Positions 49,523 to 58,252 of a stretch of 64,000 nucleotides of DNA are shown here, in pieces. The translations under genes and the position numbers were made by a program. Positions within the stretch are counted from its first letter, which is position 1, and the number at the start of each line of letters is the position of its first letter. Under the pieces are notes generated by a model that worked only from the letters and a program-made list of their open reading frames with translations, did no database searches and had not been told where the DNA came from. Location: the IMG/VR virus record IMGVR_UViG_3300042447_000691; one strand, given 5' to 3'. The DNA is from a virus.

Positions 49523-50692
49523 ATGAGAAAAACAATATTAAGAATATTAAAAGAAGAAACGGAAGAATGGGTTGATATCAGTCCTAATGAGTTTTCTGAA
49601 CTACTAAGGGATGTTGGTGGTGATAGTAATCGTATAAAAAACATTTCAGAATACAGAGGTAAAAAGATTAAAATTACTGGTGATTTAAATCTTTCAGATA
49701 GAAAAGACATTGAAAATATAGATAGTATTGATTATGTGGAAGGTAAGTTAGATATATCAAACTCAAGCGTAAAATATTTTGATAAAAATAAAGTTAAAGG
49801 TTATTTCTCATATTACAATAGTGAAATGCAAAAAGAGGAAAAAAGGAAAGAACTTGAAGGTCGTCTTGAACAACTAACTGAACTTAGAAATAACGGTGCG
49901 TGGGACATTGAAAACGATGACATTATTTCAAACGAAACCGAAGCGTTGTTTAATCATCTGATGAGTGAAGGTGACGTTGAGAAAGGTGAGGATAAATATT
50001 ATATTTTTCCGTCATATAGAAGTACATATGGTGGATATTATATTTGGTTGGGTAACAACGCTTTTGAGCAAGAATATTTTGTCTGTGATAATGATAAGAT
50101 TGATGATGCTGCTAAAGAATCTTTACAGAATATTGTTGATGACTTAGGGTATGAAGCATTTAGACCCCAACTATGGGAAAACTTTGTGGATGAAAATGAA
50201 GCGAGGAAATGGTTATATGATGAGTTTAATGGTATGATATGGGATAGCCCTGAAGATTATGGGGTTAGTAGATCACAATCCAATGAACAAATGAAATACA
50301 ATGAGGTATATAGAAAATCCATATCAAATTTAGAAAATAAATTAAATGCGGAAAATCTAACCGAAGAACAGGAGGATGAGATAAGAAACCATATTTCTGA
50401 TTATGAGAGTTTAATAGAACATAATGAAGAAAACCCTGAAGGTGATTACGATGATGATGCGGTTGAGGGAACCATAGAGAGTTTTGTGGATAATGAAGTG
50501 GATGAGTTTCCACAATATTTAAAAAATCATGGTTTCGATTCTAAATATATTTTAGATTTTATAGATATGGACTCTTTGTTTGATTATTTAATTCGTAGTG
50601 ATGGTTACGGACAAATTTTAAACATATACGACGGTAGAGATGATGAATATAAGGTAAATGGTAGTTGGTATCACGTAATGAGAGAAAATTAA
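49523..50692 (+). CDS. acidic leader-family late protein
   Basis: MRKTILRILKEETEE; L-domain-like ITGDLNLS/VEGKLDIS repeats. Late motif at 49511. Confidence 0.65.
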   Translation: MRKTILRILKEETEEWVDISPNEFSELLRDVGGDSNRIKNISEYRGKKIKITGDLNLSDRKDIENIDSIDYVEGKLDISNSSVKYFDKNKVKGYFSYYNSEMQKEEKRKELEGRLEQLTELRNNGAWDIENDDIISNETEALFNHLMSEGDVEKGEDKYYIFPSYRSTYGGYYIWLGNNAFEQEYFVCDNDKIDDAAKESLQNIVDDLGYEAFRPQLWENFVDENEARKWLYDEFNGMIWDSPEDYGVSRSQSNEQMKYNEVYRKSISNLENKLNAENLTEEQEDEIRNHISDYESLIEHNEENPEGDYDDDAVEGTIESFVDNEVDEFPQYLKNHGFDSKYILDFIDMDSLFDYLIRSDGYGQILNIYDGRDDEYKVNGSWYHVMREN

Positions 50693-50730
50693 TAATTTAC
50701 ACCTACAAAATATTTTACTACATTTTATTA

Positions 50731-51480
50731 ATGAAAACTGATTGGTTATTTCAAGAACCCATAGATTTAGAGCACAAACAATATGTGCTTTTAGATTATC
50801 TACAAAAGTTAGATAAAAATCTAAATAATTTAAAATTATATCCCCAATTCCAAGAGATATCGTTACACCTGGCTAGTATTAATCTTTTAATTGAAAAAGG
50901 TCAATATTTAACAATGAACAGAACGTTAAAGGATCCCGATGATGAGATATTAATATCTGACTTAATACCGGTTGATTGCCCACTCCTTACAAAAGAAGAG
51001 ATACTTGAAATTTATCATATCTGTAAATATACAACCGATAAATTAAAAGACTACTTCAACCACGCAAAGGCGATATGGGACATCGTTAACGATGCGGTAT
51101 CAATAGATCCGATACAAAACTCAAAAAATATTGACCCCAAACAAGGGCTTTTCTTTTTAGATTATAAAGATAAAACCTACCTATATGAGTTTATGGTTAA
51201 ATTAATTAAAAAGGGTAATTTAGAAACAAAATGTCACATAAAAAAAATATGTGAATGTCCTAAAGGAGATTTTAATGAAAAATTAAAAGAAGTAAAAAGA
51301 CCACTTATCAAAGATCTAAAAGACGATAATATTCATAGTAAGTTAATTGTTTTTAGGGTTAAACACAACAACAATTACCCCCTTAAAGAAACTTTGCTTC
51401 CTATCGCAAAAAGAAAAATAATGAATTATATGATTCAATCAAAAATTATTAGACATAAAAATTTGACTAATATATCTTAG
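50731..51480 (+). CDS. hypothetical protein
   Basis: Start refined to MKTDWLFQEPIDLEHKQY after TTTACA-N17-TACATT at 50696. Confidence 0.6.
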   Translation: MKTDWLFQEPIDLEHKQYVLLDYLQKLDKNLNNLKLYPQFQEISLHLASINLLIEKGQYLTMNRTLKDPDDEILISDLIPVDCPLLTKEEILEIYHICKYTTDKLKDYFNHAKAIWDIVNDAVSIDPIQNSKNIDPKQGLFFLDYKDKTYLYEFMVKLIKKGNLETKCHIKKICECPKGDFNEKLKEVKRPLIKDLKDDNIHSKLIVFRVKHNNNYPLKETLLPIAKRKIMNYMIQSKIIRHKNLTNIS

Positions 51481-51506
51481 TTTTTTATTATTAAAATAAA
51501 AAAGTC

Positions 51507-51701
51507 ATGGTAGTAAAACAAAGATCATTAAACGAGTTAAGACAAGAAAAAGAGTTTGGATACAAACATTCAGACAATCAAAAGAAAAAAATTAATGTTG
51601 ACCCACAACACATAATCAATTTGGTTAGAAAATACCCAAATGATATGGATCTTGGAAAAAAAGTAAGAGGTTATTTATTGGAATTAGGGATTTATGAGTA
51701 A
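51507..51701 (+). CDS. small hypothetical protein (YPNDMDLGKKVR motif)
   Basis: Follows TTGACT-N17-TATTAT at 51463. Confidence 0.6.
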   Translation: MVVKQRSLNELRQEKEFGYKHSDNQKKKINVDPQHIINLVRKYPNDMDLGKKVRGYLLELGIYE

Positions 51702-51915
51702 GGAACAAGTAAACCATCCAGAACATTATGGAGGATCTGAGAACGTATATGAAGCAATAAAGGTGATTGATGCGTGGGATTTAGGTTTCTCACTAGGTAA
51801 TACGGTAAAGTACATCTCAAGGGCAGGTAAAAAAGATCCAGAGAAAGAAATCGAAGATTTAAAGAAGGCAAAATTTTATTTGGATCATCACATTAAAACA
51901 TTGGAGAATAAATGA
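51694..51915 (+). CDS. DUF3310 (SaV-like) phage protein
   Basis: VNHPEHY...GNTVKYISRAGKK...EDLKKAKFYL. Confidence 0.85.
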   Translation: MSKEQVNHPEHYGGSENVYEAIKVIDAWDLGFSLGNTVKYISRAGKKDPEKEIEDLKKAKFYLDHHIKTLENK

Positions 51916-52124
51916 AGATGAAATTAACTGAAGAACAAAAAAGTAATATTCGTGATTTATATGAGGGATTAAAAAGTGATGAACAAACACTTGGAGAAAC
52001 ACTAGATATTATTGTGGATTTTTGTCTTGATGAAGGAATTGCTAATTTATCGGATGATCAAGATGAAGACCTAATCGAAGAATTTTCAAATGAGGTGTGG
52101 GATTATTTAGAAACTATAACGTAA
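51912..52124 (+). CDS. acidic hypothetical protein
   Basis: 70-aa coupled ORF. Confidence 0.55.
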   Translation: MKMKLTEEQKSNIRDLYEGLKSDEQTLGETLDIIVDFCLDEGIANLSDDQDEDLIEEFSNEVWDYLETIT

Positions 52125-52138
52125 TTAATAAAAAAATA

Positions 52139-52789
52139 ATGAGATATCTATATTTTTGTCTAATATTATTTTTGACATCCTGTATTGAAATAATTGAAGA
52201 CCTAAAGTTTAATTTGGATGGATCAGGCACCTTTAAATATGTTATAAATCTTAGTGGTAGTAAAACCAAAGTAACATCCATACTCGCTTTAGATAGTTTA
52301 CACGGAGAAAAGGTACCAAAGGTATCAGACATTAGAACTAAGATCGGAGAGTTTAAAAGAACCTTACAAGAGCAAGAAGGTATTAGTAACGTATTAATAA
52401 CGGAAGACTATACCAACTTTATCATTAAATTTCAGTGTGATTTTAAAAGTGTTGAGGATTTAGAACAAGCACTAAAAAACTCAATTAAAAAACTATACCA
52501 AAACAACTATTACGAATATGATTGGGTTTCTTTTAAAGGTAAGGTATTAACAAGAAAAACACCTATTTTTTATTTAGATGATATTAGGAAGTTTGGTGAT
52601 AAGGATATTGATAAACTAAAGACCGGAACCTATACTTCAGTGACTAGGTTTCCAACTAAAATAGATACGTTTGAGAATAAAAATTCGTTAAGATCAAAAA
52701 GTAATATGGCTTTAATGATTAAAACAACACCTGATCTACTTTTAAATGACCAAACCATATTAAACAATAAAATAATATTAAAAAAATGA
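52139..52789 (+). CDS. lipoprotein (Bacteroidota-like)
   Basis: MRYLYFCLILFLTS|C lipobox followed by IEIIEDLKFNLDGSGTFKY. Start refined to ATG 52139. Confidence 0.7.
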   Translation: MRYLYFCLILFLTSCIEIIEDLKFNLDGSGTFKYVINLSGSKTKVTSILALDSLHGEKVPKVSDIRTKIGEFKRTLQEQEGISNVLITEDYTNFIIKFQCDFKSVEDLEQALKNSIKKLYQNNYYEYDWVSFKGKVLTRKTPIFYLDDIRKFGDKDIDKLKTGTYTSVTRFPTKIDTFENKNSLRSKSNMALMIKTTPDLLLNDQTILNNKIILKK

Positions 52790-53637
52790 TAGAAACAGGA
52801 AAAATAATAAATGGGGATTGTATTGAGGTAATGAAAACCTTACCGGAAGGGTCTGTGGACTTAATTTGCACATCGCCGCCATATGGCGTGGGTATTGCTT
52901 ATGACACACACGATGATGATGTGGAGTTTGAAGACTACCTTGTGTTTGCAAGAAATTGGTTAACTGAATCGTATAACGTATTGAAAGATGATGGGAGAAT
53001 TGCGTTAAACATACCCTATGAAATCAATAGACAAAAGAAAGGAGGGAGAATTTTCTTTGTTTCAGAGATGTATCAAATAATGAAAGAAATTGGTTTTGGA
53101 TTCTTTGGTATTGTTGATTTGGAAGAACAATCACCACATAGAAGTAAAACCACAGCATGGGGATCTTGGATGAGTCCATCCAGCCCGTATATCTATAACC
53201 CGAAAGAGTGTGTTATTTTGGCCTACAAAAAACTACACATTAAAAAGGTGAAAGGAGAACCACAATGGAAAGGGGTTCCTACTGACATAGAACAAGAAGA
53301 TGGGACATTTAAGAAAAAAGTAGTATACGAGGAACAAGACAAGAAAGAATTTATGGAGTTAGTCTTTGGCCAGTGGAACTATTTTGCAGATACAAAGAGT
53401 TTAACTAAGGCTACTTTTTCTATGGACATACCAACGAAAGCAATAAAAATATTATCCTACAAGAATGATATAATTTTGGATCCATTCGCTGGTAGCGGAA
53501 CTAGTTTAGTCGCTGCGGAAATCTTGGGTCGTAGATGGATCGGAATAGAACTATCACCAAACTACACTGAAGTGGCAAAAACAAGGGTGGAGTATTTTAA
53601 AACACTACAAGAAGTATCGGAAGAAAACCAACAGTAA
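52786..53637 (+). CDS. beta-class N4-cytosine/N6-adenine DNA methyltransferase
   Basis: IINGDC, TSPPY (motif IV) precedes ILDPFAGSGTS (motif I), WIGIEL. Confidence 0.88.
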   Translation: MIETGKIINGDCIEVMKTLPEGSVDLICTSPPYGVGIAYDTHDDDVEFEDYLVFARNWLTESYNVLKDDGRIALNIPYEINRQKKGGRIFFVSEMYQIMKEIGFGFFGIVDLEEQSPHRSKTTAWGSWMSPSSPYIYNPKECVILAYKKLHIKKVKGEPQWKGVPTDIEQEDGTFKKKVVYEEQDKKEFMELVFGQWNYFADTKSLTKATFSMDIPTKAIKILSYKNDIILDPFAGSGTSLVAAEILGRRWIGIELSPNYTEVAKTRVEYFKTLQEVSEENQQ

Positions 53638-53651
53638 AATGTTGGTTTTTT
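53624..53651 (+). terminator. intrinsic terminator
   Basis: aaaaccaaca-gtaaaa-tgttggtttt plus T run. Confidence 0.65.
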
Positions 53652-53675
53652 AGTTTTATGTAGTATTTATTTATT

Positions 53676-55598
53676 ATGAGAAGAATAATAAATGAATCAG
53701 GTATCCGGGATATTAATAATATTGCTAAAAGATACAAAAAAGCAAAAATATACTTTCACCAAGATTTGGACGGTGTAACAACCGCATTGGCGATGAAAAA
53801 CTATCTTGAACAACACGGTATTGAAGTTGTCGATGCTGAAGTAATACAATACGGATCTAAAGAATTCGCCATTAAAAAACCTGAAGGTGAAGGTGACGTT
53901 ATGCCGGTTCTTGTTGATTTTGCTCACGGAAAACCAATGTTTGTTATTCATACCGACCACCACGATACACAAGCTGGTGTTGAAAAAGACACGGCAACAA
54001 GTTTCAAATCATCAAGATCAAACGTGGAAACCATATCACAAGTCGTTTCACCAAAAGAGATTTTCCCATCGGATGATATAATGTTAATATCAACGATCGA
54101 TTCGGCAAACTTCGCGGTAAATCAAATAACACCAGAAATGGTTATGAATTACCTATACAAATACGATAAAGATAGTTCACTAAAGAGAAATAAAATGTTA
54201 ATGGGGTTAGTTGTAAATAAACTATTATTAGCATATAAAAACAAACCAAGATTTTTGGAAAACCTTGTGTTAAACTCACAACCATCCCTTTTAAGTATTT
54301 TAAATAATATTAAAAAAGAAGCGGTTGAAAAGGGGTATGTCGAACCTGAACAACTAACAAAAAACAAGGAAAATTATATACAAAGTAGAAAAGAAAAGGG
54401 TGTAGAAACTCTTGGTAATATTATCTCTCAATATGGATTTGGTAGCACAACAAAGTCAGGTGCTTATGATAGATACACACCATTTAAAAACAATCCAGAT
54501 TCCGATTTCCTTGTAACGGGAATGCCGATGGGTATGGTTCAAGCATCCTGCAACCCATTTAAAGAAGATAGAGCACTCAAAGGGGTAAATTTAGGTGAAA
54601 TAAAAGATGAGGTATTAGATGTATTTAGAAAAGAATTTGAGGGGTTAAAAATAACCTTTGGTATTATAAAAAGGGTTGCGGAACAAGAAGCTGATTTTAG
54701 TTCAGTTGGTTTTACCTTTAAAGATATGGAGGCGATCTACGGTGAAAGCCCATCTTATAAAATAGACGGAGGAGAAAACTTAAAAGAGATTTTAAACAAC
54801 ATATCCTCCAAACTTTATAGGGGGTTATCTCAAAAACAAAAAGAATTATTAAATAAAGTTTCTGTTAATGGATTTGACGTTATAAGAGCAAACTCAGGAG
54901 GACACAAATGTATAACCAACATTTCAGGTATAAATTTTTTATATAGGGATAATAAAGGAGGTAAAACAGATAAAATTCCTAGTGAGTTATTACCAATCGC
55001 TAATTATTCAGGAAAAAATTCATTTTTAAACGACATTAAATCAAAATTGTTAACTTACGGTAGATTGTCAGACAAACAAATTGAGATGGCAATGAATCAG
55101 ATTAAAAAGGAAGGGGGATCACCATCACCATCACCATCAACTGAAACAGTTGCTTCACAATCAAACAAAACTTACGTAGATGTTGTAAAACAAATCCAAC
55201 AGGAATTTGTGAATATTTTAAATAATAAAATAAAATCACAATCTGAAGGTATAACTGAAAGTTTTAACAAGGGAGAAAATGTGGAGTCATTATTGAAAAG
55301 TCACGTTAAAGGACAAAAAGTTCTTTCTGAACGAGAATGGAAATTTATTATGTCAAAACTTAACGCAGTTACTGATAACAGAGGACAGTGGGATCATCCG
55401 GGTAGATGTACCATGATAGAAAGTAATAGAATAACTATGGAGAATGTTAATTTTCCTTTAGTTGGTATAGACAACACTGGTCACTTAAAATTAATGTTAC
55501 CTGAAAACGATTATAAATTCCCAGGAAAAAGAGTTTTTGAAATACCATTAAAAGGTAAATATAAAAATTTAGGTATAAAATTACTAAAAACGATTTAA
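53676..55598 (+). CDS. DHH-family phosphoesterase with extra C-terminal modules
   Basis: YFHQDLDG, LVDF, HTDHH, SGGHK; C-terminal WDHPG...ITMENVNFPLVG..NTGH...YKFPG module. Leader MRRIINE. Confidence 0.75.
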   Translation: MRRIINESGIRDINNIAKRYKKAKIYFHQDLDGVTTALAMKNYLEQHGIEVVDAEVIQYGSKEFAIKKPEGEGDVMPVLVDFAHGKPMFVIHTDHHDTQAGVEKDTATSFKSSRSNVETISQVVSPKEIFPSDDIMLISTIDSANFAVNQITPEMVMNYLYKYDKDSSLKRNKMLMGLVVNKLLLAYKNKPRFLENLVLNSQPSLLSILNNIKKEAVEKGYVEPEQLTKNKENYIQSRKEKGVETLGNIISQYGFGSTTKSGAYDRYTPFKNNPDSDFLVTGMPMGMVQASCNPFKEDRALKGVNLGEIKDEVLDVFRKEFEGLKITFGIIKRVAEQEADFSSVGFTFKDMEAIYGESPSYKIDGGENLKEILNNISSKLYRGLSQKQKELLNKVSVNGFDVIRANSGGHKCITNISGINFLYRDNKGGKTDKIPSELLPIANYSGKNSFLNDIKSKLLTYGRLSDKQIEMAMNQIKKEGGSPSPSPSTETVASQSNKTYVDVVKQIQQEFVNILNNKIKSQSEGITESFNKGENVESLLKSHVKGQKVLSEREWKFIMSKLNAVTDNRGQWDHPGRCTMIESNRITMENVNFPLVGIDNTGHLKLMLPENDYKFPGKRVFEIPLKGKYKNLGIKLLKTI

Positions 55599-55607
55599 TT
55601 TTTTTCT

Positions 55608-56045
55608 ATGAACGACCAATTGTATTATTTTAATTATAGTGGAAAAATAAAAGAATGGCCGGGAATTAAATTAATAATTAATGAAAAAAAAACACATAAA
55701 GAAATAGGACACATCTTTTTAGTTGATGTTGATACCGCATATGATTACGATAGTAAAATAGAAAACGAGATATCAAATATTGAAGATTATAATGATTATG
55801 ATTTTATAAAAGAAAATGAAACTATATTTTTACATAGTTTATTTATTGTTGAGAAATATAGGAATAATGGGTTTGGTAAAATAATCAGAAAAAAAACAGA
55901 AGACATTGCGATTGAGTATGGATATAAGGTTTTATCGTCTATAACAAATAAAAATAATTTACATTCCAACAGAATAAATGAGGGGTTAAATTATAAAATC
56001 TTAGAAAATTTAAAAGAATATAATTTTTTTTACAAAAAACTGTGA
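55608..56045 (+). CDS. GNAT acetyltransferase
   Basis: FLHSLFIVEKYRNNGFGK (motif A), N..S..IN..L.Y. Confidence 0.75.
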   Translation: MNDQLYYFNYSGKIKEWPGIKLIINEKKTHKEIGHIFLVDVDTAYDYDSKIENEISNIEDYNDYDFIKENETIFLHSLFIVEKYRNNGFGKIIRKKTEDIAIEYGYKVLSSITNKNNLHSNRINEGLNYKILENLKEYNFFYKKL

Positions 56046-56195
56046 TTTTACTAAACTAAGTTGTATTTATATATTACCTCTGACAAAATTTCTATATTTT
56101 TTATTAAATCACTTGATTAAACAAAAATAAATTTATAAATTTGTAAAACAATTAGGAAACGTTCTAATTAGTATAAAAAATTGATTTATTAATAT

Positions 56196-56339
56196 ATGTC
56201 TGAAATTACAAACGAAGTGGTTGAGATCTATGCCTACACTGACGACAAAGGTCAGAAAGTGTACACACCAAACGTAGAGTTTGCTGAGATAATGGCTAAG
56301 AAATACGGAACAAACGATGTTTACGTAGAAAAAAACTAA
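56196..56339 (+). CDS. 47-aa hypothetical protein
   Basis: MSEITNEVVEIYAYTDDKGQKVYTPN...; after host promoter 56112-56143; not in the track. Confidence 0.6.
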   Translation: MSEITNEVVEIYAYTDDKGQKVYTPNVEFAEIMAKKYGTNDVYVEKN

Positions 56340-56356
56340 AAAAAAACAACAAAGGA

Positions 56357-56388
56357 CTTGTCTAATTGAAAAAAAAGACTTAACTTTG
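56357..56388 (+). promoter_or_regulatory. Bacteroidota sigma-A promoter (CTTG-N20-TAACTTTG) for the giant ncRNA
   Basis: Matches the -33/-7 consensus spacing. Confidence 0.7.
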
Positions 56389-56416
56389 TAAAACAAATCA
56401 GGAAAAGACCTGAAAC

Positions 56417-56428
56417 GTTCTTTGAAAA
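56417..56428 (+). promoter_or_regulatory. rRNA-operon-type boxA antitermination element (GTTCTTTGAAAA)
   Basis: About 25 nt past the predicted TSS, the same position boxA occupies in rrn leaders. Confidence 0.55.
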
Positions 56429-56429
56429 T

Positions 56430-57325
56430 CTAAATCCGACCGAAACAGTCGTCACAGTTAAAAAAAGCGAAGTAACACCTCCCTTTCTTTATATGTGAAA
56501 CTAAATTAAGTCATTGGGCCGTGTATGGTCCATTAAAATAAACCACGAAAGTGGGATAAAGTGAACCCTTAGTGTGTTGGGTTTGCGTCTTGGTGAGTCT
56601 TCGGACTTGTCGAGATTGAGTACACAAGCGGGATACCGCTTAACCTTTAGTACCGAGGGCAACGCTGTAGGGAAAGTGGTTAGGTGAATTGGCAATGTGG
56701 GTTGTCAGTTTGAGATGGGAACATCGATAGGAATAACTCGTAGGGATATTGCAAAAAATAAGGTTATCCGATTTTATTATTGCGTGTTCCATTATGATAG
56801 GATACTTAAAACCGAAAGGTATGTTAGTGTACAAGTGGTGTTGTTACTAACCTTGACCGTCCCCTACCAAGGGTTCGATCTCGAAGTAGTCTTGAAATAT
56901 TGAGATGGGGACATTTCACGGGGTAGTTTGGTATTTCGTTGTTCAAAAGATAACGAATCTAAAGACGGACCACTACTTCGATCAATCCACGACACCAAAC
57001 TTATGGAGCTTTAATTCCAATTAAAATTACATTAAGCAAAAGTGTTCGTCAGGTGTCAATGAAAGGTGACTACATAGTAACGAGCAGTTCGTTGCGTAGT
57101 GAGACCGCAAGTTGAACTACATTCTTACCAAAAACCTCTATTCCCGCAAGGAAGAGTTGGGACGGCAGTCTCGAAGAGAGTTGAGTAATGAGAGAGTAAT
57201 TGATACCTCAAGGAGTGATTCACCTAAATAATCGTCACTGAGGAATACCATTCAAAAGATGGTGGATACGAAGGGAAACAATAATCCTTCAAAAGGTTCT
57301 CAATAACAGGTATAATCTCAGCCTT
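56430..57325 (+). ncRNA. giant highly structured ncRNA, GOLLD-like
   Basis: ~900 nt, GC-richer, no credible ORF. GNRA/UUCG hairpins (ccac-GAAA-gtgg 56543, gagtc-TTCG-gactt 56595, aagcgg-GATA-ccgctt 56626, acc-GAAA-ggt 56811, two GCAA loops) and long-range helices (56620/56827, 56715/56783, 56881/56972, 56991/57052). Ends in a T run. Confidence 0.75.
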
Positions 57326-57422
57326 TTTTAAAAAACTACTTACTGGTAAAAAAAATTGATGGATGATAAAAAATTATTGTCCATTTTTTTGTGAGTTAAA
57401 TTTTTTTGCATATCTTTGTTGT

Positions 57423-57833
57423 ATGAAAAATGATAACAAAATAGGTAAAGCGATTACGGACAAACATATTAAGATCGTTAAAAAAATTACTAAAGATATG
57501 GTAATTAGTGCATATAAAAATTACAAATATTATGTGGATTCTGACCTATTAGATTCAGCAATTAAAATCTCATCAATTAGAAAATATAAACACGAAAAAT
57601 CTGTGTGGTTGGATAATAAAGAACTATATACCTATGAGATAGATGTTATTGTTGATATGCGTTCTGGACGGAGTTGGAAAAATAACAATTATTGCCAACG
57701 AAATGCAACAAGATATAATAGATATTATAGGAATAGTATTTATAATTCAGTTTTAGAATATTTAAAATATTTTGGAATTGATGAATCAGATAACCCCACT
57801 ATTTCAAAAATACAATACAAAGAAATTGTTTAA
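57423..57833 (+). CDS. hypothetical protein
   Basis: Start refined to MKNDNKIG after TTTG-N19-TATCTTTG. Confidence 0.6.
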   Translation: MKNDNKIGKAITDKHIKIVKKITKDMVISAYKNYKYYVDSDLLDSAIKISSIRKYKHEKSVWLDNKELYTYEIDVIVDMRSGRSWKNNNYCQRNATRYNRYYRNSIYNSVLEYLKYFGIDESDNPTISKIQYKEIV

Positions 57834-57870
57834 TTAAAAAAAAAGTATTACATTTGTATAAATAAAAGAT

Positions 57871-58137
57871 ATGGCAACACTAAAACACATAATGATCGTC
57901 CACCCTAAGTTTGGTGAAGTTTTAAATGAAACTTTTATGGATGAGGTACAGTTTAAAATATTTTTGAATATGGTCCACTCATCTATTGAGTTGAATCAAA
58001 ACCTATCAACGTTTAATGGTAAAGACTTTTTAGTTCACGTACCAAGTTCAATATTAAAGGAATGTTTAGTTATTGGTAATAGTAAAGAGATGTCAATAGC
58101 TGAGGTTGTTATAGCAAAATCTAAGTTGGAGGGATAG
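57871..58137 (+). CDS. hypothetical protein
   Basis: Follows TACATTTG at 57849. Confidence 0.65.
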   Translation: MATLKHIMIVHPKFGEVLNETFMDEVQFKIFLNMVHSSIELNQNLSTFNGKDFLVHVPSSILKECLVIGNSKEMSIAEVVIAKSKLEG

Positions 58138-58140
58138 TTT

Positions 58141-58204
58141 CTTTGTTTCTCTTTAAAACAAAGTGGTGGCAGTTTGTATCACAATCCGTGATCGACCCGA
58201 AATT
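58141..58204 (+). ncRNA. possible structured 3'-UTR/small RNA
   Basis: Hairpins ctttgttt/aaacaaag (58141-58163) and atcac/gtgat (58178-58192) precede the terminator. Confidence 0.3.
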
Positions 58205-58231
58205 AGGTGAGGTTTTCCTCACCTTTTTTTA
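58205..58231 (+). terminator. intrinsic terminator
   Basis: aggtgagg-tttt-cctcacct plus T run. Confidence 0.85.
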
Positions 58232-58252
58232 TTATATGATATATTTATTAGT

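Noticed and set aside
56133-56903. Track ORFs 56133-56396(-), 56501-56695(-), 56640-56834(-), 56697-56903(+)
   Set aside because: The first is the antisense of the 47-aa plus-strand gene. The rest lie inside the structured RNA and have atypical composition.
56430-57325. Group I/II intron, RNase P RNA or tmRNA as identity of the large RNA
   Set aside because: No interrupted flanking gene, no group II domain V or GUGYG start, no RNase P GAGGAAAGUCC/P4 motif, no tmRNA acceptor ends. A covariance search is still needed.
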